Shown: positions 16,477 to 26,240 of the stretch, piece after piece
Numbering within the stretch: position 1 is the first letter of the stretch
How the letters are laid out: the number at the start of each line of letters is the position of its first letter
Assembly (NCBI GenBank): GCA_021788365.1
Contig: JAJYKS010000006.1
Span: 1 to 62,682 of the forward strand
Direction of reading: 5' to 3'
Length of the DNA: 62,682 nt
Source: a bacterium
Lineage (GTDB): Bacteria > Patescibacteriota > Microgenomatia > UBA1400 > UBA12108
Position numbers and translations under genes: made by a program
Notes under the pieces: generated by a model
Database searches by the model: none
The model's input: only the letters and a program-made list of their open reading frames with translations
What the model was told of the DNA's origin: nothing

Positions 16477-17025
16477 TTACGTCCCATTCTTTGGAAGTGT
16501 CAAAATAAGTTGTAGCTGATAACTGCCTCCCTTTACCCGTTGTATCCCATTACTAACTACCTGGGTAAAAAATCCATTATCAGCTTGGTAATACGCGATC
16601 ACCTGGTTCAGAGACACAATATTGTCCGCAGTTACTTGCACGGCAAGCGTCATATCAGTAGGAAATGATGCACCGGTGATCTCAGATCCAGGTATCGATA
16701 ATGAAAATACGCGTTGTAGCGCTTCACGTGCAATAGAGCGATTATCGAGATAGGTGCTCATAAGCTGTAATCGACTCTTAAGATATATTTGTTGTGCGCT
16801 TGCCCGAGTCAAGCCAGACAAAGTGGTAGATGCTTTGGTTATCGACGAATCGAGCGCCGAAATACGGGTAGACAAAATGATCATAACAACAGACAAAGCC
16901 ACCGTCACAACCGTAACAATAACTACGGCAATCACGCTAAAGCGTAAAAGCTTTCGTTCCTGTTGATATTCCTTTTCGGAAAGCACCCGACGGTTTTTGA
17001 GCAAGTTCACGCCGATCGAGGCCAT
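16477..17025 (-). CDS. pilN: Type IV pilus assembly protein PilN-like
   Basis: INLL-like N-terminal motif (VNLL), TM helix, position after pilM. Confidence 0.75.
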   Translation of the reverse strand: MASIGVNLLKNRRVLSEKEYQQERKLLRFSVIAVVIVTVVTVALSVVMIILSTRISALDSSITKASTTLSGLTRASAQQIYLKSRLQLMSTYLDNRSIAREALQRVFSLSIPGSEITGASFPTDMTLAVQVTADNIVSLNQVIAYYQADNGFFTQVVSNGIQRVKGGSYQLQLILTLPKNGT

Positions 17026-17037
17026 AGGCTCATTCTC

Positions 17038-18063
17038 CTAGAATACTCGCAGCGCAAGTCCTGCTGCAACCGTATACACCGCACGCTCACGAGGAATAAT
17101 AACCCCTCGCCCAGGCTTTGCTGTCGCAAATGGATCAGCAACGGCGACCTCAGTACCACCAAACGCCTGAGAAAAGTAGGTAGTAAAATCGGGCAAATAG
17201 GCGCCGCCGCCGGAGAGAACTATTCGCGACACTCTGCTCTTGTTAGCGGTTGCATGATACTCGATAGCCTTACGCATCTCGCTGGCAATTTGTTCAACCA
17301 CAACCAGGAGACTTTTGCGTACCTTCCCTTCAAGCTGCGCAGCGTCGAGTCCGTAGGTACGCTTATATTCCTCAGCTTGGGGGAGGGGGATAGACAAAGA
17401 TTGTGAGAGAGCACGAGTCAAAGCAACCCCGCCTACCGTGGTTACATACGAAAACGTCAGAGTTACGCCGTCCACAATGGCGAGCACCGTCGACAGCGCG
17501 CCCATATGGACAATGAGTGTTGATGTCGGAGCTACGCCAAAAGTAAGTGCACGGGTTGTTGCTACCATCTCAGACTCGACGGCGATCGGGTCAAGTCCAC
17601 AGGATAAAAGAAAATCAACCAATGATTGTAAATATTTTTTTGGCGCTGCGACAAGATACACGAGCATTTTTTTGTCCGAAGCATGAGGGTCGGCAGGACG
17701 CACAATGGAATAATCTACCTCAACATCCGCAACAGGAACCGGCACAAACTGCTCCGCTTCCCACTGTATGGCGGAAGAAAGCTCCGCATCACTCATCGCC
17801 GGCATGGAGACAATGCGACTATAAACACGGGACTCAGGAATTGAGACAACAACGCGCCGATCACGTATCTTGGTTTCTTCCAAAAGTTTCTTGACTACCG
17901 GCTGCAATTTTGTTGTGACGACCTGATCTCCAAACTCAAGCGAACCTGCTGTGTTCGAGGCAAGCCCAACACTAGTCACGGTATAGTTCTTTGTGCCAAG
18001 AACTGTCGCCTGGCAAGCCTTTATACTCGAGCTGCCAAAATCGAGACCAAAATACGCACTCAT
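17038..18063 (-). CDS. pilM: Type IV pilus assembly protein PilM
   Basis: FGLDFGSSSIK, EAEQFVP, IVLSGGGA actin-like fold. Confidence 0.95.
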   Translation of the reverse strand: MSAYFGLDFGSSSIKACQATVLGTKNYTVTSVGLASNTAGSLEFGDQVVTTKLQPVVKKLLEETKIRDRRVVVSIPESRVYSRIVSMPAMSDAELSSAIQWEAEQFVPVPVADVEVDYSIVRPADPHASDKKMLVYLVAAPKKYLQSLVDFLLSCGLDPIAVESEMVATTRALTFGVAPTSTLIVHMGALSTVLAIVDGVTLTFSYVTTVGGVALTRALSQSLSIPLPQAEEYKRTYGLDAAQLEGKVRKSLLVVVEQIASEMRKAIEYHATANKSRVSRIVLSGGGAYLPDFTTYFSQAFGGTEVAVADPFATAKPGRGVIIPRERAVYTVAAGLALRVF

Positions 18064-18127
18064 GGGCAGGACTACTCCTTATAATAAGTTTATACGGTAT
18101 ACCATTGTACTATATACGATTATTCGA

Positions 18128-18898
18128 CTACTGTATCGTACCTCCAGAAAATAAAGCGTAATCAAATATCGACCCAGGTGCGTCGAGCGTCCGCTGCACC
18201 TGGATGTCGCTTTGCGCGCTCCCCCCCGAAGTACTAGACTGAATAAGATATAGCTGCGTAGACAATCCGGAGCCTGCTACAGAAACCGTACTATTTGAGT
18301 ATAGTGGCATAAGTCGCACAAACGTCGTCCCTGCAGGGGGTGTATACGAAACACTACTCAAGTAACCCCCAGTTCCTGCGCTCGCAGCAGCAAACCCATT
18401 CCCAGACAAGGTACACCCATAGGGATTGTAATACGCATAGTGCACCGTTCCTGCCGCGCCTTGATACGCAGCGATAGAAAGCGCAGCCGGAGCTTTGCCA
18501 TTCCCCTCGGATACGCAGGCCACATTCTCAGAAGCGTCAGATTTCTTTGTCCACATAATGGTGAGAGCACCCGATAGACCAGAGGTGTCTAAATGTGCTT
18601 GCTCACCCTCGCGAACAAACAATGAATAGGCCGCCAGAGTTTGAACAGTATATTGAGATGTAAACACTCCAGAGGTCTGAGTAGTAGCACCACTCGGGAC
18701 CGTTCCCTGTCGCAACTGATTAAGCGCAGACTCAACCCCGGACTCCGAAAGTTGAAAGGCGCTATTACTCTCGACATCCTGGCGTGAGAGAACAGTGTTA
18801 GAAAGGCTGCGTGAGGCGAGAGAGAGAACGAGTGCAACCACAACCGCCATGATAACAAGAAGCATAAGACCTATCTGGCCGGAAAACTGGCGTCGCAT
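18128..18898 (-). CDS. PilX-like minor pilin (no Glu5)
   Basis: SGQIGLMLLVIMAVVV..., AFQLSESGVESAL. Confidence 0.75.
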   Translation of the reverse strand: MRRQFSGQIGLMLLVIMAVVVALVLSLASRSLSNTVLSRQDVESNSAFQLSESGVESALNQLRQGTVPSGATTQTSGVFTSQYTVQTLAAYSLFVREGEQAHLDTSGLSGALTIMWTKKSDASENVACVSEGNGKAPAALSIAAYQGAAGTVHYAYYNPYGCTLSGNGFAAASAGTGGYLSSVSYTPPAGTTFVRLMPLYSNSTVSVAGSGLSTQLYLIQSSTSGGSAQSDIQVQRTLDAPGSIFDYALFSGGTIQ

Positions 18899-18954
18899 AT
18901 AGCTCTATCAAATCAGACTTGACCGCGCCAGTCAAATTCTTCATACTGACGGTA

Positions 18955-19422
18955 ATGTCCATAAAACAAGGGTTTACCCTCATAGAGCTACTGATTGTGA
19001 TGGCAATTATAGCCATATTAGCCTCCGTCAGTTTTGCCAATTTTCAAACAACACGAATTAAGGCCCGCGATGCACAGAGAAAATCAGATCTTGCAACCAT
19101 AGCCAAAAGCCTCGAAGCCTACGCCAACGATTACCAATCGTATCCACTATCAGATAGCTCCAACAAAATTATCTGCCAACCACCGAGTACGACGTGTGGT
19201 TGGGGTTCGCCATTTACCGACGGCAAATCAACCTATGTGGCGTCATTACCTACCGATCCAGGTAGCTACAGCTACGAATACACATCGACAACTGGTAAAA
19301 ACTTTACCCTATATGCCTATCTCGAGAACAGCAACGATCCTAGCATCATAACCATCACACCCACCGTCTCGTGTGGTGCGGTAGATTGTAATTACAAAGT
19401 AACGTCGAGCAACATCAAATGA
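18955..19422 (+). CDS. Type IV pilin/pseudopilin
   Basis: [19 protein letters not shown]; TTGACC-17-CATACT, 7 nt before ATG 18955. Confidence 0.92.
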   Translation: MSIKQGFTLIELLIVMAIIAILASVSFANFQTTRIKARDAQRKSDLATIAKSLEAYANDYQSYPLSDSSNKIICQPPSTTCGWGSPFTDGKSTYVASLPTDPGSYSYEYTSTTGKNFTLYAYLENSNDPSIITITPTVSCGAVDCNYKVTSSNIK

Positions 19423-19961
19423 GTTTACGATCTACCATCCGCCATCTACGACCTACAATCTACGACCTACGACCTGGCTTCACCCTCATCGAGCTCCTCA
19501 TCGTCATAGCCATTATCGGCATCCTAGCTAGCCTCATTTTAACGAACCTTACCGCTGTTCGCGAGCGCGCACGTGACGCGCGCAGAAAATCTGACCTCTC
19601 ATCACTACAACAGTCGCTACGTCTGTATTACAACGACGCAAGCCAGTTCCCAACAAGCGACACGAGCTATCGGATTGTTGGGTGCGGGACTATTGCCGCA
19701 CCAAGTACGTGCTCGTGGGGAGGAACATTCTCGACATCTACAAATACGTATATGAATTCGCTTCCCACCGACCCTGCTAGTAGCACAGGAAACACCATAA
19801 GCTATCAGTACTATCGAGTAAATGGTGATAGCTACCTCATAGTCGCCACACTTGAAAATCCTTCCGACGCGGACGCGACATCATCGCAGTCCCGTTGTAG
19901 TACACAATATGCTGCCTTTACCGGCACCAAAACGGCAACCGATTATGTTGTTTGCGAATAA
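19419..19961 (+). CDS. Type IV pilin/pseudopilin with heptamer-repeat leader
   Basis: [19 protein letters not shown]. Confidence 0.92.
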   Translation: MSLRSTIRHLRPTIYDLRPGFTLIELLIVIAIIGILASLILTNLTAVRERARDARRKSDLSSLQQSLRLYYNDASQFPTSDTSYRIVGCGTIAAPSTCSWGGTFSTSTNTYMNSLPTDPASSTGNTISYQYYRVNGDSYLIVATLENPSDADATSSQSRCSTQYAAFTGTKTATDYVVCE

Positions 19962-19965
19962 GCCT

Positions 19966-20433
19966 ATGACCATCGATGTACGATCTATCATCCACCATCT
20001 ACGATCCGGCCCATGGCCCCGAGCGAAGTCGAGGGGTTTTACCTTAATCGAGCTCCTGGTTGTCATCGCCATTATCGGCATCCTCGCCTCGATCGTCCTC
20101 GCAAGCTTCTCAACCGCCCAAAAACAAGCACGTGACGCTTCTCGTCGTCAAATTATCAGCAATGTACAAACGGCGTTTGAGCAATATTACGCAGAAAAGA
20201 ACCTATACCCAGAAAACGCTACACAAATTAGCGATGCGTTCCAAAACGGTGTGCAGCCCACAGACCCCAAAACGTCGACACCTCTCATCTGGAACGTCTC
20301 CCCAACAGGTGCGGGGTATTGTGTCTGTGCTACACTGGAGTCGGGTACAGGCAACGCCACCAGTCCTGGGGCTAGCTCCACCTGCAGTTGGTCAAATACG
20401 GGCACCTATTATTGTGCTCAGAATAAACAATGA
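19966..20433 (+). CDS. Type IV pilin/pseudopilin with repeat-containing leader
   Basis: [16 protein letters not shown]; start ATG 19966. Confidence 0.9.
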   Translation: MTIDVRSIIHHLRSGPWPRAKSRGFTLIELLVVIAIIGILASIVLASFSTAQKQARDASRRQIISNVQTAFEQYYAEKNLYPENATQISDAFQNGVQPTDPKTSTPLIWNVSPTGAGYCVCATLESGTGNATSPGASSTCSWSNTGTYYCAQNKQ

Positions 20434-20840
20434 TTATGAAAAGGCGTGGTTTTACCCTCATTGAGTTACTAGTCGTTATCTCCATAATTGGCATATTGGT
20501 CGCCGTAGGTGTAGTTAGTTACACACGTGCCATACAGATTTCCCGTGACGCCAAGCGCAAAACGGACCTAGAGCAAATTCGCCAAGCTCTAGAAACATAT
20601 CGTTCGGAGATTGGCGCGTACCCCGCAACCAGCGGCTGGCAGACGGCATTATCGCCAACATATATAACAACGATGCCAACCGATCCCAAAGGGGGATCGT
20701 ACGACTACAAGACTACCAGCACCCCAGCAACGACGTACATCGTGTGTGCTTCGTTAGAGTTGGGGGGGACAACAACACTCCCCGCCTGTTCCGGCCTCTC
20801 ATGTGGGGGAGTCTGTAACTACGACGTTACCAATCCTTAG
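20430..20840 (+). CDS. Type IV pilin/pseudopilin (GspG-like)
   Basis: [22 protein letters not shown]. Confidence 0.92.
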   Translation: MIMKRRGFTLIELLVVISIIGILVAVGVVSYTRAIQISRDAKRKTDLEQIRQALETYRSEIGAYPATSGWQTALSPTYITTMPTDPKGGSYDYKTTSTPATTYIVCASLELGGTTTLPACSGLSCGGVCNYDVTNP

Positions 20841-20877
20841 CTTGCGCTTTCCTCTGTTTTTCTCCATACTATTCCCA

Positions 20878-21390
20878 ATGCTCCCATATATTGGAAATTG
20901 GAAATTGGAAATTGGAAATTGCCGCCCGCAAAGGGCAGGGTACACGCTAGTCGAGCTACTGATCACCATGACGATCACGCTAACGCTCCTTACCTTTGGT
21001 CTATCGGCTTATCGTCAGATGCAGATGAGCCAACAGGTAACCGCGGCAGAAAGTAGCATTATTGGCGCGTTAACTGCCGCAGAAAAGCGCGCCACAGTAG
21101 GCGACAAAGATTGCACCGGTGGGCTGCTTGGCATCCAAGTTACAACAGCTGCAGGCGCAGGAACCATGACAACCCAAGCAATATGCCAGGCAAACGTGGG
21201 CACAGCCACACAAACGAACGTCGCCAACATCGCATTTACCACAGGATCTGTCCTCACATTTCAACCACTCGCCCAGGGCGTTAACTTTACCGGAGCCGAT
21301 CCACTAAACATAGATTATATGATAGGGGTAGCCAAGTATCGAGTGAGTGTGAGCAAATCCGGAACCATCCTTTATGGAGGCAAGCAATGA
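20878..21390 (+). CDS. Minor pilin (FimT/GspH-like) with TTGGAAA array in the leader
   Basis: GYTLVELL; ATG 20878 is 7 nt after CATACT. Confidence 0.85.
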   Translation: MLPYIGNWKLEIGNCRPQRAGYTLVELLITMTITLTLLTFGLSAYRQMQMSQQVTAAESSIIGALTAAEKRATVGDKDCTGGLLGIQVTTAAGAGTMTTQAICQANVGTATQTNVANIAFTTGSVLTFQPLAQGVNFTGADPLNIDYMIGVAKYRVSVSKSGTILYGGKQ

Positions 21391-21869
21391 AAACCTTGAG
21401 CGGTCAATCCATTGTAGAGACGGTGATTGCGACTGCCATTATCAGCATTGCAGTCGTCGCAGCGCTTTCACTTATGAACTATACGCAAAAACAGGCAAAC
21501 TATGCAAAAACACTTAACCTAGCGGTCGACTTTAATACGCAGGCTTCAGATTGGCTCCGACAAGAAAAAACTACGCTGGGGTGGGCTACTATTGCGGGCA
21601 AGATAGCGACCGACGCCGGCGCTGGGGGCTCGGTCACCTACTGCTTAAACGTCCTACCAACCGACGCCTCAGGCGGCTTTACAGCCCTAACAAGCGGTGC
21701 ATGTGGAACGGGGGCGTACATTAGCGGAACACTTTTTGTGAGGGAAGTAAGCTTTACCTCCAATACCATTTCCAGTGGTTCAACGGAAGCAACAGTTTCC
21801 GTCTCTTGGACCGACTCGAACACGACCCGTCAAAATACGACTACGCTGGAGCTCTCGCAATGGAATTAA
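21387..21869 (+). CDS. Minor pilin (PilV-like)
   Basis: GQSIVETVIA class III signal. Confidence 0.8.
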   Translation: MKTLSGQSIVETVIATAIISIAVVAALSLMNYTQKQANYAKTLNLAVDFNTQASDWLRQEKTTLGWATIAGKIATDAGAGGSVTYCLNVLPTDASGGFTALTSGACGTGAYISGTLFVREVSFTSNTISSGSTEATVSVSWTDSNTTRQNTTTLELSQWN

Positions 21870-21877
21870 ATAAAAGG

Positions 21878-22372
21878 ATGTCAATTCATACCCCAAAGCT
21901 GCCGATAAGAACAAAGGGATTTTCGGTTGTCGAACTCACGATTGTTATCGGCTTAGTCGCACTACTGTCACTCGCGCTATCTGCTGTCATGCTCACCACG
22001 CTGGCAAATAGCACCCGAATCCGCATGGCTACATCTGCCAAACAAACAGGGGATTATGCATTAGGCCAAATGCAAGAGCTTATTCGCAATGCCAAGGCGG
22101 TTACAAGCTGCAACACACTGGGAAATACCATTACCGTCACTAATCCAGACGGTGGTAATACAACATTTGCGTCGTCTGGTACCACGATTGCCTCAAATTC
22201 AGCATCGCTTACTGGGAGTGATATGTCTATTGCAAACTTTGTACTATCCTGCAACCCATCTGATGCAAGTCCTTCACTCGTAACAATTGCATTTGACGTA
22301 CAACCAACCGCCAACACCTACAGTCTCCAACCAATCCATTTCACAACATCAATTCAAGTGCGAAACCAGTAG
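21878..22372 (+). CDS. Minor pilin (PilW/GspJ-like)
   Basis: GFSVVELTI class III signal. Confidence 0.8.
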   Translation: MSIHTPKLPIRTKGFSVVELTIVIGLVALLSLALSAVMLTTLANSTRIRMATSAKQTGDYALGQMQELIRNAKAVTSCNTLGNTITVTNPDGGNTTFASSGTTIASNSASLTGSDMSIANFVLSCNPSDASPSLVTIAFDVQPTANTYSLQPIHFTTSIQVRNQ

Positions 22373-23170
22373 TTACATCCCGTATATCCGAAGAAGTGAA
22401 CCACCCCATACGAGGGCAATTATCGCCCCAGCAACAAGGAATGGTCCAAATGGCAGGGTATCGGTCCGTTTACGTATACCGGCTACCAAAAGACCTACAC
22501 CGACACTTGCTCCAACAATAAAGGATGCAAGAAAAGCAACGATTACCCTGGGCCACCCAACAACCAGAGCCACGAGAAACATAAGATACGGGTCACCATC
22601 ACCCATGCCCCGACCGTGCGTCACCCAGCGAAGCAGCTGAATAAAAAACGCCGAAACAATCGCTCCAACAAGTGCCGCTACAAAATCATTGAGGTGATAT
22701 CCACCCAAAAACAGAAGCACGATGCGGTACAAGAGTACCCATGCAACACTGACCCACAAGACTGGCATGAGTATGACGCCATATGCCCAATCAGCAATAG
22801 CCAACACTAAGAGAAGTACGCCAATACCAAGCCAAAACAGAGGCTGTATATACGTAAGCGGTTGAACAGCTAGCTGAAAAAAGAAAGTCCCCATAACCGC
22901 CCACCATATAAAAAGACTCCCAAGGATAAATTCCACAATCGGATAGCGCGCAGATAAGCGCTTGTGGCAACAACGACTTCTCCCTCGATAGAATAGGTAG
23001 CTTACGATCGGTACCATGTCATACCACGTGAGCGTTTTTTTACAATGATCACACCGCGACCGGCCCCCCACCCAATCAGTACCCTGTATTGTCCGATCGA
23101 TGAGCACATTAACAAAACTGCCAACCGATGCTCCCAAGAAAAAAATAATGACAAACAATAGCCAAGTCAT
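22373..23170 (-). CDS. pilD: Prepilin peptidase
   Basis: GSFVNV, RSRCDHC, MGDGD, LPFGPFL; ATG 23170 is 6 nt after TACAAT. Confidence 0.95.
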   Translation of the reverse strand: MTWLLFVIIFFLGASVGSFVNVLIDRTIQGTDWVGGRSRCDHCKKTLTWYDMVPIVSYLFYRGRSRCCHKRLSARYPIVEFILGSLFIWWAVMGTFFFQLAVQPLTYIQPLFWLGIGVLLLVLAIADWAYGVILMPVLWVSVAWVLLYRIVLLFLGGYHLNDFVAALVGAIVSAFFIQLLRWVTHGRGMGDGDPYLMFLVALVVGWPRVIVAFLASFIVGASVGVGLLVAGIRKRTDTLPFGPFLVAGAIIALVWGGSLLRIYGM

Positions 23171-23189
23171 AAGATTATTGTACCCCACA

Positions 23190-23216
23190 AAAACCCCTCG
23201 CTTGGGGAGGGGTTTT
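23190..23216. terminator. Intrinsic (bidirectional-type) terminator after the major pilin
   Basis: AAAACCCCTC-7nt-GAGGGGTTTT perfect 10-bp stem. Confidence 0.85.
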
Positions 23217-23239
23217 ATATATTCATATTATTTTGTAAC

Positions 23240-23866
23240 TTATGGCAAGCAGATGTAACAACCGGTTGCAGCATCGGCAGTACCAGCAGTCGCACACGTT
23301 GAAGTATTTGGGCACCCATCAGGAGGGAAGTCGGTAGGCAGCGTATTCAACCCAGTTCCATTGTTAGAACAACGCTTCCATGCCTCTTCTCGGAATGAAG
23401 CCGACTTGGGTATAAAACAGACATACGTACTCGAAGCGGAAATACCATTGTTATAGATCCACAGATAGTTATACGTCGAAGCAACGACACGGGTAATAAA
23501 GGATGATTTGAGCTCAGACGAGCCGCCACTCGAAAGATTTTGCAACATCTGCTGCGCGTCGCCACCAACCGTCTGAGTTGCAGAGGTGAGTTTGGTGAGT
23601 CCATTTGTACCGGTTCCATAGGTACTCGTATTAGTACTACTGGCACCGATTGCCCATGGATAGTACCCATGGTTAGCATAGTAACGATCTATTGCAGAGG
23701 AAAGCTGCTCAGCATCGGACCTTGATCCTGTATCTTTACCACGGTTAATCTGCTCGATTGGATTGATGGCGGCGAGCACTGCAACCGCCAAAATGCCCAA
23801 GACGGCAATGACAATTAAAAGCTCAATCATGGTGAAACCCCTAGTTATACGATGCAACAACTTCAT
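23240..23866 (-). CDS. Probable major type IV pilin
   Basis: GFTMIELL...AINPIEQIN; strong SD and own terminator. Confidence 0.88.
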   Translation of the reverse strand: MKLLHRITRGFTMIELLIVIAVLGILAVAVLAAINPIEQINRGKDTGSRSDAEQLSSAIDRYYANHGYYPWAIGASSTNTSTYGTGTNGLTKLTSATQTVGGDAQQMLQNLSSGGSSELKSSFITRVVASTYNYLWIYNNGISASSTYVCFIPKSASFREEAWKRCSNNGTGLNTLPTDFPPDGCPNTSTCATAGTADAATGCYICLP

Positions 23867-23936
23867 ACTATCCTCCTATTTCCTATTACCTATCACTACA
23901 CCACAATAGAATTTCACTGTCAACATTCATCCATTT

Positions 23937-25136
23937 CTAAAACGCACTCGTCAGATTGTAAATTGGCACAATGATGGCAACGACAAGAAAACCAACCCCA
24001 AGTCCAAGTACGATCATAATGAGAGGCTCGATTGCTGCCGAAAGATTTTTTATTTCATGCTCCGACTCAGTCTCAAAAAATGCCGCGACACGGTTTAGAA
24101 TCTCGTCGAGTTTGCCAGTCTGTTCACCGACCGAAACCATCTGGGAAACGATAAGGGGGAACGTTTGATGCTTTGCAATACTGGTCGCGAGTGAATTGCC
24201 TTTCTCTACATCCTTAGCCACAACCGACAGGTCTTCGGATAGAACAACGCTGTCCACAACGTCCTTAACAATGGTGAGGGCATCCACCAATGAAACACCA
24301 GCCGCTGCCAAGAGGGCGAGGGTGCGGGTAAACTCCGCCATCATCACCATAAGTTTAATTTTGCCATATATGGGGACCTTCAGAAGGATCGTATCGTACA
24401 TGACAGCACCTTGTTTAGTTTTGCGCCAGAGACCGAGGCCATAGATTGCACTAAAAATCCCAAGAATTACGATATACCAGTATTGCGACGTAAAGTTAGA
24501 AACGCCAATGAGTATTTTGGTGACAGTTGGCAGTTGGACGTTAAAATCCTTATACATCGATGTTAGCTTAGGCAATACAAAAATCATCATAACGGCAGCC
24601 ACAACCGTCATACCGATTACAACGATGACGGGATAGATAAGCGCACCTTTTGTTTTTGCCTGAAACTCACGCTGACTCTCCAGGTTATCTGCAAGACGTA
24701 GAAGTATGGTGTCCAGTACGCCAGCCGACTCTCCGGCCCGAATAAGCGCGATATAGACTTTAGAGAACGTATCGGAGTGCGCCGCCATGGCATCAGCGAG
24801 GGTAGAGCCCCCCTCCACTGCACGCAGTATTTGCGCTATTCTCGACTGCAGCGCCGGCGCCGCTTGTACTTGTAAGATGGACAATGCATCGGTCAAGGCA
24901 AGCCCTGCACCAACCATAGTAGACAACTGCCGAGTAAAGTTCACAATATCGTCAAATTTAACGCGATCCGCGAAATGAAAAAGCGATTCACTCCCAGCGG
25001 TCAGCTCGTGAAGCTCTATGATGACGAGCTGCTGGCTGCGCAATACCTCCACAGCCGACTTCTGGCTCTGCGCCTCTACAACACCTTTCCGAAGCTGGCC
25101 ATTCTCCGATCGAGCCTTAAAACGAAAACGCAACAT
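23937..25136 (-). CDS. pilC: Type IV pilus platform protein PilC (GspF family)
   Basis: FTRQLSTMV.AG, AGESAG.LD, GEQTGKLD, IEPL. Confidence 0.97.
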   Translation of the reverse strand: MLRFRFKARSENGQLRKGVVEAQSQKSAVEVLRSQQLVIIELHELTAGSESLFHFADRVKFDDIVNFTRQLSTMVGAGLALTDALSILQVQAAPALQSRIAQILRAVEGGSTLADAMAAHSDTFSKVYIALIRAGESAGVLDTILLRLADNLESQREFQAKTKGALIYPVIVVIGMTVVAAVMMIFVLPKLTSMYKDFNVQLPTVTKILIGVSNFTSQYWYIVILGIFSAIYGLGLWRKTKQGAVMYDTILLKVPIYGKIKLMVMMAEFTRTLALLAAAGVSLVDALTIVKDVVDSVVLSEDLSVVAKDVEKGNSLATSIAKHQTFPLIVSQMVSVGEQTGKLDEILNRVAAFFETESEHEIKNLSAAIEPLIMIVLGLGVGFLVVAIIVPIYNLTSAF

Positions 25137-25143
25137 ATTCCGT

Positions 25144-26211
25144 TTATCTCCCCGCCACTAATCTATTAAGTTCATCGAGGTTGAGTGCATAATCACGTGC
25201 CGTTTGCAGCGTGATCTTTTTTGCGAGATAGCTCTCTGTAAGTGCCATCTCTAACGTTCGCATACCGACGTCCGTAGATGTCTGCATCGTGTTCACCAAC
25301 ATGTGAGTTTTACCGTCGCGAATAAGCGATCGTACGGCAGGAGACGCCAAGAGAATCTCTTGGACCGCCACCTGACGATTGTCGATTGAGGGGATGAGCC
25401 GCTGCGCAACGACCGCTTCAAGAGAAAGGGATAATTGTTGCCGTATCTGCTGCTGCTGATCCTCAGGGAACACGCCAACAATACGATCGATAGTCTGTGC
25501 TGCCGAGTTGGTATGAAGTGTCGCAAACACAAGGTGACCGGTCTCGGCTATGGTGAGGGCGCTCTCAATCGTGTCATAGTCGCGCATTTCACCTATGAGG
25601 ACCACGTTCGGATCCTCTCGGAGTACACTCCGCAAAGCCACATTCCATGAGTGAGTGTCCGCATGAAGCTCACGCTGCGAAATGATGCTTTTCGCCGGCG
25701 TATAAACGAACTCGACAGGATCTTCAATGGTTATAATGTGATCAGGTCGCGACTCGTTGATGCGCTTGATCATCGCAGCCAAAGTTGTTGATTTGCCATG
25801 GCCAGTCGGTCCGGTGACAAGCACCAACCCTTGCTTAAGCTCGGTGAGCTCACCAAGGATCGGCGACAATCCCAGTTCTTCAATGGTGTGAATGGTAGAC
25901 GGCACATACCGCAGCGCTGCCGCCAGATTTCCCTTCTCATAGTACACGTTGACACGGAACCGCTCACCAGACGGGAGCGAATAAGAAAAATCAAGTTCAC
26001 GGTCAACAGTAACTTGCTCCTGCTGTTCAGAGGAGAGGAGGGGGGTCACCAGTTGCTTTGCGCTCTCCGGAGTGACAATAGCTGATTCAGGGACCGGTAA
26101 CAAATTGCCGTGAAGACGCAACGTTGGTTGATTACCCACCAAAATATGCACGTCAGAAGCCTGGTAGCGCACACACATTGTTAGTATTTCGTGTATATCC
26201 ATATGTTCCAC
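25144..26211 (-). CDS. pilT: Twitching/retraction ATPase PilT
   Basis: GPTGHGKSTT, TIEDPVE, AETGHLVFATLHT, IRQQLS (AIRxQL-like). Confidence 0.97.
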   Translation of the reverse strand: MEHMDIHEILTMCVRYQASDVHILVGNQPTLRLHGNLLPVPESAIVTPESAKQLVTPLLSSEQQEQVTVDRELDFSYSLPSGERFRVNVYYEKGNLAAALRYVPSTIHTIEELGLSPILGELTELKQGLVLVTGPTGHGKSTTLAAMIKRINESRPDHIITIEDPVEFVYTPAKSIISQRELHADTHSWNVALRSVLREDPNVVLIGEMRDYDTIESALTIAETGHLVFATLHTNSAAQTIDRIVGVFPEDQQQQIRQQLSLSLEAVVAQRLIPSIDNRQVAVQEILLASPAVRSLIRDGKTHMLVNTMQTSTDVGMRTLEMALTESYLAKKITLQTARDYALNLDELNRLVAGR

Positions 26212-26240
26212 GCTCCTCTCATATCTTCTAAAGTCTTGTT

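Noticed and set aside
18899-22373. Invertible (shufflon-like) pilin cassette
   Set aside because: No inverted repeats seen at the boundaries and no adjacent invertase.
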